Shown: positions 51,241 through 64,000 of the stretch, piece by piece | Numbering within the stretch: the first letter of the stretch is position 1 | Layout of the letters: the number at the start of each line of letters is the position of its first letter | Origin: Octopus vulgaris | Lineage: Eukaryota | Reading direction: 5' to 3' | NCBI GenBank assembly: GCA_951406725.2 | Contig: OX597822.1 | Span: 78,740,001-78,804,000, forward strand | DNA: 64,000 bases | Translations under genes and position numbers: made by a program | The notes under the pieces: generated by a model | What the model was told of the DNA's origin: nothing | Database searches by the model: none | Seen by the model: only the letters and a program-made list of their open reading frames with translations

Positions 51241-51461
51241 TGCCCAGAAGGGGCTAAACATAGAGGGGACAAACAAGGACAGACGAAGGGATTGAGTCGA
51301 TTATATCGCCCCAGTGCGAAACTGGTACTTTATTTATCGACCCCAAAAGGATGAAAGGCAAAGTTGACCTCGGCGGAATTTGAACTCAGAATGTAACAAC
51401 AGAAGAAGTACTGCTAAGCATTTCGCCCGGCGCACTAACTTGTCTGCCAGCTCGCCACCTT
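51241..51461 (-). mobile_element. tRNA-derived SINE family B (well preserved)
   Basis: Minus strand AAGGTGGCGAGCTGGCAGA...GAGTTCAAATTCCGCCGAGGTCAACTTTGCCTTTCATCCTTTTGGGGTCGATAAATAAAGTACCAG. Confidence 0.9.
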
Positions 51462-51502
51462 AATATAGAATTATATAGTATGAATTATATAGAAAGGAAT
51501 AA

Positions 51503-51762
51503 AGACCCCATTCAGTTACGAATGACCATGGGATTGCGTCTAGAAAGTTACCCTCCAAGGCACAAGTCTGGGTAAGGTTGTTTATGGAAGACCAGCAATT
51601 GCCCATGTACACCAGTCTCCCCTCTCCATGCAACCAATGTTATCCAAGTGAAAGGCAAAGGCTGATTCACCTTGGCACCAATGACATTGCAACTCATTTC
51701 CACAGCTGAGTGAACTGAAGCAACATGAAATAAAGTGTCTTGCTTAAGAACACAACACACAA
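51503..51762 (-). mobile_element. SINE-like repeat family E
   Basis: gaatgaccatgggattgc...gaaataaagtgtcttgct; relatives at 56160-56300 and 57795-58045. Confidence 0.75.
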
Positions 51763-53437
51763 ATATTATCATAAGAAGTTTTCATTCCATGTAAGTAGGA
51801 TGGAGGATATTTTGTAAATATGTGCATGCATGTGAGGGTGGGCTGAAAAACTCTCCATCTGCCATGCTCCCTTCATAAATAAGTAAAGCTATGCAATTCC
51901 TACAGACAATCGCTTTCTCTGAGGATATGAAATACAAAATGTAAGAGAGAGAGAGAGAGAGAGGAAAGTTATTTTTGATAGACAGTTTTTGTTCACTAGA
52001 AAGCATGGTTGGTCAACATACTGAAAATAGAAAGCAAAACTCTCCAAATCACATCCTATCATATTAAAGGCCATTTTGTATGCATGTAGTTCCTGATTTA
52101 CAATCAACAGGATTTTCACATGAAACGCTTCAGTATGAGCATTCAACCTTTCAGATACCACGATTAAATTTTGCTATATTACACTCAACCATCTTAAATA
52201 TAGTCTTATAGATAGTGGCAAGATAATATATTCATACGTATTTTTATATCCTTGTTAGATGTTGGATATATAATTTATGCAACAGAGGCTTAATCAATGT
52301 GTTCACATGACGAGTTTCATGAGACTACCAAAACGTTCTCTCCAACCACTACTCTTTATAAGCTGTCGGCTAGTTCATTCTTTTAATCCCCCAGGGGTGT
52401 CAATAGCAGTCATGACTGTATGCTTAAATAGGTTGCTTTGCAACTATATGGTCTTGAGTTCAGTCCTACTACACTGCACTTTGGGTAAATGCCTTCTTCA
52501 ACAGTTCCAAGTTACCCAATGTCTCGAGTGAATTTGAGAGATGGAAGCAGTGTGGAAGTCCATCATGTGTGTGTGTGTGTATAAAGGTGTCTTTTCTGGC
52601 ACCCCATAAAAACCATCCGTGCTGGCGTAACATATAATGCACCCACACTAGTGCCATGTAAAAAGGTCCGGTACTGGCACCACATAAAGGGCACTCAGCA
52701 CATTCTGTAAATTGATTAGTATTAGGAAGGGCATCCAGCTGTAGAAACTATGCCAAAACAGACAACTAGAGCCTGGTGCAGATCTCCAGCTTGCCACACC
52801 TATCAAACCGTCCAACCCATACCAACATGAGAAACAGATGTTAAATGATGATGATGATGATGATATGTGTGTGTGTTCATTCTCCCTTCCCCCTGCTTGA
52901 CACTCCCCATTGGCTTGTTTACATACCCATAACTTAGTTACAATGTAAGTACTGGAGGCAATTTTTCAACTAAAACTCAAGACAGTGCTCCAGCATGGCT
53001 GTAGTGCAATGACTGAAACAAGTAAAAGAGAGGAAATAACTGTTTCAACCCTATGTATCTCAAGATGGTTGTGTTTGTCAAAGACCATCCCAGGATACAT
53101 AGTTTCTTGTTTCTTTCTCTTCCTCTCTCTCCCCCTCTCCTCCCTTCCATCCTCTTTTCTCTTTCTTCTAAACAAAACAAAACACCATCCTCTTTTCAAG
53201 TTATATAAAAGGCAGAAGAAATTTTCTGTGACGAAAGGCACAAGAGTGGCTGTGTGGTAAGAAGCTTGCTTCCCAACCACATGGTTCCAGGTTCAGTCCC
53301 ACTGCGTGGTATCTTGGGCAAGTGTCTTCTACTATATCCTCAAGACAACCAAAGCTTTGTGAGTGGATTTGGTAGACGGAAACTGAAAGAAACACATCGT
53401 ATATGTGTGTAACACTCGTTCTTATTTGTATATAGCT

Positions 53438-53759
53438 TTCTTTCAATAGGACGGTGCACCACCTCACTATGGGTAAAACGTTCAGGAATGGTTAAATCTT
53501 AATTTTGAGGTGAGGTGGATAGGAAAACGTGGAGCAATTTCAGTGGTCATCACGATCATCAGACCTACAACCACATGACTTTTTCTTGTGGGTGTATTGA
53601 AAGATCTTGCTTACTCCCTCAAACCAAAAACAATTCATGAATTAAAACAAGCAATTTTCTGCAAGTAACGTGGAAATGTGTCAAAAGGTTTGTAGAAGTG
53701 TTGCTGGTAGGGTTCAGCATAGTAATAAAAATGAAGAGGAGCATTTTGAACATGTTATA
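53438..53759 (+). pseudogene. Tc1/mariner-superfamily transposase remnant (rosa/maT-like)
   Basis: FFQ*DGAPPHYG*NVQEWLN...RWIGKRG...WSSRSSDLQPHDFFLW...KPKTIHELKQAI...EHFEH, with stops and frameshifts. Confidence 0.85.
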
Positions 53760-54072
53760 TTCTTTTACTTGTTTCAGTCATTTGACAGCGGCTGTGCTGG
53801 AGCACTGCCTTTAGTCAAACAAATCGACCCCAGGACTTATTCTTTGTAAGCCTAGTACTTATTCTATCGGTCTCTTTTGCCAAACCACTAAGTTATGGGG
53901 GACATAAACATGCCAACATCGGTTGTCAGGAGATGGTGGAGGGAACAAATACAGACACACACACACACACACATATATATATACGATGGGAATGTTTCAG
54001 TTTCTGTCTACCAAATCCACTCACAAGGCTTTGGTCAGCCTGGGGTTATAGCAGAGACACTTGCCCAATGTG
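53760..54072 (-). mobile_element. SINE family A
   Basis: Family match; the head is truncated. Confidence 0.88.
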
Positions 54073-54369
54073 CTACATTATTTTGATGGAGCAATACTTT
54101 AAAAATTTCTTAAAACTACTGCAATTTATTTTAATTAATTGGTCTTTTTCATTTCTTTATCTACTGTAATAAATTTTTATAAAATAAAAAATATTTTGTA
54201 CTATAAAAATTACTAAATGAAAAGGGCACTACTTCTGCCACATCATCATCATTTAACGACATTCTCAACACCTGATGCTAAGTATAAACCTGCTTTTTTC
54301 AAGACAACTTTGCTGTCAATTCATTTTTTCATTAGTCATAAAAATGACCTTTCACCTGAAAAATATTTT

Positions 54370-54730
54370 CTGTGGCCATGTGATAAAAAGTTTGCTTCCC
54401 AACCACATGGGTCTGGGTTCAATCCCACTGCACAGGACCATGGGCATCTTCTACTACAGCCCTAAGCCAATCAAAGCCTTGAGTGGATATGGTTGATGAA
54501 AACTAAAAGAAGCCCATCACATGTGTGCTTGTGCCCCACCACCACCACTTGACAACCAGTGTTGCTTTGTTTACATCCCCGTAAATTAGTAGATCAGCAA
54601 AAAGAGACCAATAGAATAACTACCAAGCTTAAAACTGAGTACTGGGATGAATTTGTTTGATTAAACCCTTCAATGCAGTACTCCAACATGGCCACAGTCC
54701 AAAAACTAAAACAAGTATAAGATAAAAGAT
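54370..54730 (+). mobile_element. SINE family A (older variant)
   Basis: Diverged head and tail match. Confidence 0.75.
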
Positions 54731-56303
54731 CAGATAAGTTTACTCATAACACAGCTCTTCCAGATTTGGAGAAAACTTGATGAATTTTATCTTAGAAGAT
54801 GATTTCATATTAGAGAGATTTTTGTGATAAATTTATTCTTTTATTGGATAATTCTGCTTGACAAGTATGGCACTGCCTGAGTTCACCTGTAAGATAAATT
54901 AATATAAACATCATTTGGATACTATTTAATCAAAGTTTCTACCACCCCATTAAATGTTTTAACCCTGAAACTTCTAAATTAGATGAAAATATAATTTTAT
55001 ATGCAACACAAGAGTGTTGTTCTTCTGCCCAAGTTTTCTTCAATAGTATCTATTGTAAGAACAAAGGACCTTACATTAAATTGTCTCTTTATCAGCATCC
55101 AAAAAACAGAATTATTCATCACCATCATCATTTAATGCCCCTTTTTCCATGCTGGCATGGGTTGGACAGTTCAACAAGAACAGACGAACCAGAGGATTCC
55201 ACCAAGTTCTACGTCTGCTTTGTTATGGGTTTCTGTTATGCTTTTCCTAATGCCAACCACTCAACACAATGTACTGGGTTCTTTTTACATAATACCAGCA
55301 CCAGTGAGGTTGCTAAGCACCCACAAGACCCCTCAACTGAGAAGGTTATTGACTGGAGGAAAACTATGATATAGGGAGAGGAGCAGATGTCTTGCTGAAG
55401 AGGTAAATACATGGCTTGGCCACCTGGAAAGTGAGGAGAAAGAGATGTGAAGTCCAGTTACAACATGAATATGAGGCAGAATAGAAAATGTACTTAGTGA
55501 AAATAGTGTGACAGATGATTAGAGATAGGGAATGAGTTGTTGATTTGCTTTTCTCACTCTTCTTCTCTTTGCACCAGTAGCACAGCTAGGGTGGAGTGAC
55601 AGGGACTGTCCACCCTGGATGTAGCTTTTACAGTGGCAGCACTTTTGGATCTGCTCTTTAAGCCTGCATAGGCTTCAGGGCCCTGGTGGATGGTGCAAAC
55701 TCAGGGACTGCCTCAGACAGCACACACACACACACTAGCTAAACCATGGTTCTGTACACTTGTATACCAGGCAATCTGGATTTTACTTCTTGTTCAATCA
55801 GGAATAGTTAGTATATATTTTCATAACTGACTGTATTTACACCAATGTTGGCCATCTGCAGATCCTGGAGAGCCACACTGGTTTTGTGAAACTTCACCAA
55901 CAAATGCTTCCACAGAGGTAGTATAGAAACAAACTACAGTTTTGTTTTCACACAACAATATCAGATATTCTTGTCTCACCTTTTTTTCATTTACGCTTTC
56001 AGAGAGATAACTTCGAGCCTCCTTAAACAACATGCAACTCACATTTATGCCCAGTACAAGAAATATATACAGCATGCTTGTAAGTCTGTAGAAATGTTTG
56101 CTGTATGACAGTTCACAGCAGTTACAGAAATCAAATTTGTAAACTTTACTTAGATAGTTGAAATGAGTAGCAACGTCACTGGTGCCAAGCTGTATCAGCT
56201 TTTGCCTTTCCCTTGGATAACATTGATGGCATGTAGAGGAGAGACTGGTATGCATGGGCAACTGTTGGTCTTCCATAAACAACCCTGCCTGGACTTATGC
56301 CAT

Positions 56304-57045
56304 GTCAAGGATTTGTCCTTTCCAGTTCCTATGAAGTGTTCTGGTGACCTGTGGGACCACCACTTTCTCCTCCATTCCAAGTAGTATAGCAGCCATCAGC
56401 CAGGCTACATCCACTTCTGGAGGTATTTCCTCCACCCTAACCCTGGAAGCATGCCTCCCAAGATATACTGATAAAAGAACTACCTCATTTATTTTCAGTG
56501 GTGTTGCCAGTGCAGCATGGCGATAGTTACCTTTTCGAACTGCACCTCTATCGTTCCAAATTTCTTTCCTCTGGCAAGGTACGAAATCCCTTGCCAGACT
56601 GGTCTCAACGCCTTTTCTATTTGTACCGTGGACATATTCTCAATTTTTCTGGTTGCCACTGAATACATTCTACAAATTACCATTCTTTCTGCTACTTCTT
56701 TCAAAATTTCTTTGTGGGGGAACACCTTCACTTCGTTCCCCTCCCTTTCAAGCATTCCCTTAAACTTGCTTACATCCTCCAACCTTATGTCTTTGCATTT
56801 TTCTTCCGTTGCTGCAGCATAACTTCTTTCTTCCATAGCCTTGTCTATTTTCTTCAGGCATTCTACCATTTCTTCCTCAGACACATAGGGAGGGTGGCTT
56901 TCCACATTTGGCACAGAACAGCTTAAACTTTCGCAACTCCTCACTCAACATGCCTCCATCACACAAGAGGGAAAAACATCGCACAGCCAAAAAAAAACAT
57001 CTATCTCAGACAAATCCAACAAAACAAATGAATCAGGGTAAACTG
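56304..57045 (-). mobile_element. 5' part of a non-LTR retrotransposon (ORF1/gag-like, L1/Tx1-type), frameshifted
   Basis: 149-aa ORF with SYAAA, continuing after a frameshift as ...YLGRHASRVRVEEIPPEVDVAWL..., which resembles the RRM-like region of LINE ORF1p. Flanked by SINE fragments; no splice context. Confidence 0.55.
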
Positions 57046-58084
57046 GAAGCAAGCTTCTTACCACACAGCCATGCCTGCACCTATACATAAACATATATAT
57101 ATAGCCATGGGAAAATATATATATGTCTAGCGATGGGAAAATAAAACCTTGCTCAGAAATGAAGATCGATAACAAAAAGAGCATCTAGCCATAAAATATC
57201 TGCCTCAATGATTTCTGACTGACCAACGCAAGCAACACAAAGTGGAAATTAAAACGATTATGATGATAATGATAATATATGGAGGATTTTTATGAATGAC
57301 TCAATCCAAAATAAGTGTAAATAAGAGAAAGCCTGAACAGCTGACAGCGCACACACAAATATATATATATATATATATATAGGATGGATTCTCCCGTTGT
57401 TAGACAACGTATGAGGGTCTGACAGTTTCTTACCAAACAACCACTCATATGATTTGTTTATAGTGATCAATTGTTTGTGTAGATATAAGCTCACTCCCTC
57501 CATCAGATTGACATTACCTGTACAGGTGCAATGGATTTCACATGTCAGATGTCGAAATGATCGTAGAGCAACGTGAAATGAAGTGCTTTGCTCAAGAACA
57601 CAATGTAACAACCAGTCTAGGAATAGAACCCACAATCTCACCTTCACAGGTACATTATAGTAATTAATGATAATGAAGTTTTTCATATCCACAATTTTAT
57701 TTAACAGTTAGCTGGTAGCTGAAACTGAATTAAGAGGAAACATAGTAACCACCAGGATAATATATGGCTTTATAAATGGTAAAGGATAAAGATTCCACAC
57801 CTCTTTGGTCATGAATGACCATGGGATTGCACCTAGAAAGTTCCTCTCCATGGCAAGGTTGTTTGTGGAAGACCAGCAGCCTTTCCGCTACTTCTGCACA
57901 CCATCAAAGGCAAAAACCAATACAGCTTGGCACCAGTGACGTAGCTGAGTTAACTGGAGCAACATGAAATAAAGTGTCTTGCTCAAGAACACAATTGAAT
58001 TCACTAAACTCATGATTGTGCACCCAACGCTCTAGCCACTGAGTGGCTCAGTGGTTAGAACGCTCACAATCATATATATATATA

Positions 58085-58330
58085 TTCTTTTATTTGTTTC
58101 AGTCAATATTCTTATGGGGATGTAAACGCACTAACATCGGTCGTCAAGTGATGGTGGGGGAGGGGACAAACACACACAATAGGCTTCTTTCAGTTTCCGT
58201 CTACCAAATCCACTCACAAGGCTTTGATCAGCCCAAGGCTATAGTAGAAGACACGTGTCCAAGGTGCCACGCAGTAGGACTGAACGTGGTTAGTAAGCAA
58301 GCTACTTACCACACAGCCACTCTTGCGCCT
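58085..58330 (-). mobile_element. SINE family A (internally deleted)
   Basis: Family match. Confidence 0.82.
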
Positions 58331-58583
58331 ATATATATATATATATATATATAGTTAAAATTTATAGAAAAACAAAAGACGAAGACAGGTGCAGGAACAA
58401 GCAAGTGTATTAATTTAACGCTCGGGAAAATGAAAAAGTCTTCTACGTTTCAAGCCTACGCTCTTCCACAGAAAGGAATAATAGAAAATAAACAGAGTGA
58501 GAATGAAAAAAAAAAACTTGTAGATTTCAACGAGACACACACATATTCACACACCACAAATAACAAGCAAACACAGTGTAGTC

Positions 58584-58642
<59 letters not shown>

Positions 58643-60384
58643 CAAAGATTTTTTGATATGGCACAACACAATTGAGATTGTAAAATGGATTGAATATATC
58701 AGAGTATATTACAAATACTTTGTTTCATGCTTAACCTCAAATAGGCCCTGGTATAGCAGAGCTTATGATCTAAGCAGTTCCACCCGTGACCATCATGTCT
58801 TTTATTTTTACGACATTGCGAATCAAAGACTATTACGTGATGTGTCATTTGCCTCTTGTTTTAAATTTAAGGAGTCATTTGCGTGACATTTGGCTGTTTT
58901 TTCTAGTAAATCAAGTTAAAGAACAGCTATCCTTGTTTAGTCCAGAGTTTCTCAAACTGGCAAATATGAAGTCCTTTTCACCCTAGCTCTTTAGCATTTA
59001 ATCCGGCTATATGAGGTCCAAATAATACCTGTTTTATGTTAAAACTGACCAGAACCAACCTCTCACACATAACCTACAATGTCTTTCTGAAAATATATAA
59101 ATACATCATTTAAATCTCGAAGCTACAAGATAATGCATGATTAATTTAAAATATATGAATAAATAAGCAATACATTTGACATAGATATCTGAATCCTAAA
59201 GGACTAGAAATTAATGAATTTTTTTTAGCAATCCTATCCTATTCACGATTTTGCAGGTATAAAAATTGTTTCTTCGATGTGTTAAAATAGTTAAAATAGT
59301 TGGAAACTATATTTTTTTAACCCTTTTGATACCAACCCGCTTAAGACCGCCCTTGATTTTATGACAAACTTGTTTTTAAGTGATCAAACTTTTATGTTAA
59401 TTTTGTTCCAAACACCAGATTAAAATTGACAAGATTACTTTTGGAAATTCTTACTTGTTATTGAAATGAAATAAACCAACGGCAGTGTATTTTAACGGAA
59501 ACATCACAATGAAAGGGGTTTAAACATAGCAACATGTTCGCTCCCCAAATCTTTATTCTTTTTCAATCCTCACAGACTTGCCCTCTACTGAGAGACATTG
59601 TTTTAGACCTATTCATCTAAAGCCTGACCGAATAGACCTATTCATCTAAAGCCTTCCATCTATGACTTTTATTTATTTTTTCCTAGGTACAGTAGACTCA
59701 GATCAATATTATCCAATGTTTTCGTTTCTTAAAAGGCGCGATTTGAGGGAGATTTGATTGGGTTTTCTAGAGAAGCCGCGCAACCATGTCCTCCAGGTAC
59801 CCTCATTAACTAGACTGGGGCATTATCTTTATCGACCCTAGCAGGATATAAACGCAGCAATATCGGTATATTGTTTCTTGTTCCTAGCTTATATTCAGAA
59901 AATATGGTCCTCTGGTATCCAAATAAAAGAATGTTATAAGCATAACATAAAACAGCCCCAATACGTAGTCGCTCGACTTGCTAGAAATAATAGTCACAGC
60001 TTCAAACCCCAGCTTATCGTTTTAGAAAAAAAGAGCGCGTTGGATGCGGTTCTAGGTTATCTAACATACGAAACAAATAAGGAACGGTCACGGTTTGAAT
60101 ATCTCAGATCAGTGCTAACCTAAACGAACAAATCACACACATAAAATAAATCACAAACACAGAAGTAAAACAAAATATAAACACTTCCACAGACACACAT
60201 GGTGTCTTACGTTCACGCGAATTTTCGAAACCAAATATTAAGACACTAATTAACTAATGTTATTCTTAACTCCATACATAATACGGAGGGGTGTGAACTA
60301 GTGTTTGGCGAACTAACCCTCCTCCCTTGACAATTCCTATTATTGTATTATTGTAACACACACACATACTATATATATAAATGA

Positions 60385-60416
<32 letters not shown>

Positions 60417-60903
60417 ATTGTTTTTGTTATTCTAGTATCGCCAGAAGATAATGGTAATTTAGCGAGGTTTTATAGATTTGCACTTAATGCAAAGTTCGGT
60501 TTGAAAATTCCAGCAAGTTGAAAAATATAGGTTGAAAAAAAATCGTGTCACATTGGAGGGGGTTGTTTTGTCTACACGGAGGGAGGGCACAAGATTATCT
60601 ACAGATAATAGCATTAACTTTACTCCTTCCATGCTGTCGTAAGTTTGTTTTTCCAGAATTAGTGAGGTATGGAAAAAGTAGAGAAAGCATAATTCATGCA
60701 AGAAAAAGTGGTTAAAATGCACTGGGAATGATATATATCCGATTTACGCAACAGAAGCAGCTATATGTGTGTATGTGTGTGTAAGTACCTATTTGAAACA
60801 GAAAAGTTGATGCTTATAATATCAATCACTTTACGTTGGAAATATCGGCAATAAATTCATTCACAATAAATTTATAATATATATAGCGAATGTAGTTACT
60901 AAC

Positions 60904-61168
60904 CTTGATGACTGTGGTGCTCCGAGTCTGCCCATTTAAAGGACTTGTCCGGGCCCCCTAAATGTTCGATACCACCGTGTCCGTGGGGGCTGTCGGGTAT
61001 GTAGTTACTGTAATATATATGTGTCTCTTTGGGCAAGAAGAAACGGGTTTTCCATTGCGACGAATAGGCTAACATGTACGTGAAAGCGAAACCGAATATA
61101 ATGCCAACGCTAAATGTAGCGATGCCCCTCTTCGTTGGGCTTCCAGCCATCCTCGATGGCATCATCAT
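60904..61168 (-). CDS. C1GALT1: C1GALT1 (core 1 beta-1,3-galactosyltransferase / T-synthase), first coding exon: cytoplasmic tail, TM signal-anchor and His-rich stem
   Basis: ORF MMMPSRMAGSPTKRGIATFSVGIIFGFAFTYMLAY...DSEHHSHQ-G has a type II membrane anchor. It ends at donor CAAG|GTTAGT (GT at 60903-60902), phase 1, which matches the phase of the exon at 22910. Which Met is the true start is uncertain. Confidence 0.88.
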
Positions 61169-61290
61169 AAATATATAGGAACGTAAATAGGTGGAGGTGG
61201 ATGTATATGAATGTAAGTGTCGATCTACAAAGCTAATATAACAATGGGAGGAATGAAAAAAAAATAACGACAGGATGAATTAGCTGTGAC
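61169..61290 (-). other. Probable 5'UTR part of the first coding exon plus upstream splice acceptor, implying a further non-coding exon upstream
   Basis: The minus strand reads ...ctaat...tcgttatttttttttcattcctcccattgttatattagctttgtag|atcgac: branch-like CTAAT, pyrimidine tract, AG at 61226-61225, 56 nt before the ATG. Confidence 0.55.
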
Positions 61291-61299
61291 TATAAAGTG

Positions 61300-62750
61300 G
61301 TGAAAAGCCAAGCTAGTCAATCCATCAATTCAACTACCTTATTTAACTATTTCAAATATGTTCGTAGTTAAAACATTATTGAATTAGTTGGAGAGAACAA
61401 ACCGATTGGGCCGGCTGTCACTAAATGAAGTGACAGCGGACCAACCGGCTTTTTAAAACGGGAGTTCACAGACAGGCCATCGTGATAAACAAAAGCTACA
61501 CTAACTACCACCCCCAAACCTGTCGTTTCTTACACCTCCAAAGTCTTTGACAGAGAGTGTAACTATATTTTTACCTTTAAACCATGTTGACATTGTCAAA
61601 AAGCTGCGCAATTAAACGCATTTATATCTATGGTTAGACCCGTACATAGGTAAATTAACGGATGAGAACATCCATACACATCGGAGAAAAAACATCATTT
61701 CATTGCGTGTGTGTTTATACAGACATACATAGATATCTGCACTTCTCTCTATCTCTTTAACTATTTGTCAATATATCTATCAAAAAGAGAGGTGTGCGTA
61801 CCCGCCTTTGTACTCCGCGTGCGTTCGAGTGTGAGTCAGTGTGGCGAACGGAGGTGGAGGAAGAAGCAGAGCGAAGGGGAATAGCTACATACTGTCGCCT
61901 GGAGAGAATTAGATAAAAGTCGAGTGTGGCTGACACCACAAGAGACAAGCATACTTGTGTTGTTATTTGCTTCACAATAAAATGCCAATGCCATGAGTTA
62001 CAGCACTCACGAAACGTGACGTCAACCCTCATCCTTCCTCATCCTCTTGTTGTTCTTTTGTTCTGTCTTTCATCTGATGTAGTATACACACATCATTACA
62101 CACGCGAATATACACAATCATTGAAATATATAATGTATATAAAATAATACTTATAATACACACATAAAAACAATATATAATAATAATAATAATATACGGC
62201 TTGATAATCCTAATTGATATGTAGAATATCGAGAGAGTGTTTGTAGTGAGAGAGAGGGAAAGAGAGAATTAAAAAGAAAGACAAAGAAAATAAAAGGTAT
62301 TTTGATAAACCGTGAGAACGAAAGTCTAACGTTTCCGGGCAGAGCCTAATTTCATCGGAGAACAGTATGATGCGCTCCACTTCCATATATGTGCGTGTAT
62401 CAGACAAAATATGGTTTCTATTGTTCACAGTTCCGAGATATTCAGTTAACTTATTCCATGAGTATTCGCCAAAGGATGCCTCCTATTATTTACAGTGATG
62501 CTACTCTGTTTATCGCACCCCTACATTCTCTATCTTCTCGATTCATTCTGCCTCCTCCTCCCCCTGCAAATATCCGGTGAACACTACACAAACAGCACCT
62601 GCAAGATTTTATTCCGTTCAGGTTGGCTACAACTTCTCAACCACAGGTTTCGCGTTGTATTGAATAAAGCTTATTCTACTTTTCGGAAGAGTTAATGCTC
62701 TTACCTCCCACTAACTATCAGAGCCATCATATCGCTATATTGCTACTTTT
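61300..62750 (-). promoter_or_regulatory. Candidate promoter / 5' region of C1GALT1
   Basis: Repeat-poor and visibly richer in CpG than the introns. Contains TGACGTCA (CRE, 62017-62024), TGAGTCA (AP-1, 61832-61838) and a strong minus-strand donor-like GAG|GTAAGA at 62704. Short motifs can occur by chance. Confidence 0.35.
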
Positions 62751-62855
62751 GCGTGTGTGTGACTATCTGACTATTTGAACTAAGCGCTGAGAGCTAACAA
62801 AACAACGAATTCTCTTCTCCTCGTTGATGTAAATGGATCTCGATCTCTCTCTCCC

Positions 62856-62895
<40 letters not shown>

Positions 62896-62927
62896 TATAC
62901 ATCTATATACATATACATATATATATG

Positions 62928-62962
<35 letters not shown>

Positions 62963-63310
62963 ATATTGGCTTTAATATATGTTTGTGCGTGTGTATACAC
63001 ACACACACACACACACATTGCTCTCTCACCTTACCTTGTCTCCATACTGGTATTTCCCTTCAACTGCACCTCCACCCCAACACATTTTCAATACATCTAT
63101 CTCTGCTACCTTCTTGGAGCATCTATTATTCTCCCCACCACCACCACCACCACAGTCTTTTGAAACAACCCACCTACCCTTTCAGCACCTGACCCACTGA
63201 CAGTGTCCACCCTTATGCTTCACCTACCTTGAAATTTTGCTTTTGGTACACCATCACTACTGTCTTCTTTATCTTCATCTTCCCAGTTGCTACGACTCAC
63301 CTTCATAATA

Positions 63311-63540
63311 TGTGGAGGCACATGGCTTAGTGGTTAGGGTGTTGGATTCATGATCATAAGATTTCGGTTTCAATTCATATATCGGGTGAAGTGTTGTGTT
63401 CTCCAGCAAAGCACTTCATTTAACATTGCTCCAGTCTACTCAACTAGAAAACATGAGTAATCCTGCATCAGACCAGCATCTGGTATATATATATATACCA
63501 GAGAAATTAGGGAACTCCAGGAAACTGGCCCTATGATTCT
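63311..63540 (+). mobile_element. tRNA-derived SINE
   Basis: tgtggaggcacatggcttagtggttagggtgttgga...ggtttcaattc head. Confidence 0.7.
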
Positions 63541-63739
63541 TACAGAGCCTAAACAACCCTTATAATATGGGGTAGCCATGTATCTCCTTTCTAACAACAT
63601 ACCTGTTCTTGTTCCTCTATCGTCTTAAGACTCTCAATACCTGGCATAAAAACCACATCCCCCTCCCTAATACTACCCCACTTGGTCATGGGGGCCTTTT
63701 ATTTCTTGTCCTTCTCTGTCTTGTAACACACATGGCATC

Positions 63740-63908
63740 CTCACTTGTGCTGGTGATATGAGAAAAAGCATCCACCTGAGAGGCATCCAGCCACAGAAAC
63801 CATGTCAAAACTGAAGCTAGAGCTCAACACAGCCCTGTGGCTTACCAAATCTTATCAAATCATCCAGCCCATACCATCATGGAAAAATGGATGTTAAATG
63901 ATGATGAT
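63740..63908 (+). mobile_element. RTE-type 3' tail
   Basis: ggcatccagcc...ccataccatcatggaaaaatggatgttaaatgatgatg. Other copies near 27190, 27540, 39565, 44300, 52590 and 55115. Confidence 0.75.
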
Positions 63909-64000
63909 TGTCATTATGATACACACATATAAGGCAGCGAACTGGCTGAACCGTTACCATGCTGGAAAATCATTGAGAGCTGCAGAATTCAATGTTCTGT

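Overview
AT-rich, microsatellite- and repeat-dense animal genomic DNA. The repeat families look like those of octopus/coleoid cephalopods (my recognition, not proven). The only host gene I can support is a minus-strand C1GALT1 (core 1 beta-1,3-galactosyltransferase, T-synthase) with three coding exons: 61168-60904, 22910-22231 and 18487-18161. They join through GT-AG introns of about 38 kb and 3.7 kb into a 423-aa ORF. The rest is nested mobile DNA: several tRNA-derived SINE families, RTE, CR1 and L1-like LINE fragments, deleted or palindromic mariner and Tc1-type elements, hAT/piggyBac/Tigger-like MITEs, non-autonomous Helitrons, a decayed tRNA-Asn, and satellites. The most striking unexplained signal is several small repeat families that carry minimal hammerhead-ribozyme-like folds of the kind known from Penelope-like elements. 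These are (i) a tRNA-headed, TSD-flanked palindromic element (8111-8354, 24658-25099), (ii) a ~190-bp family with six copies sharing a non-canonical CUGUNGA core, and (iii) a 4 x ~289-bp tandem array with a hammerhead-like core in each unit. All folds were paired by eye; no search or folding software was run. Many repeat boundaries are approximate.
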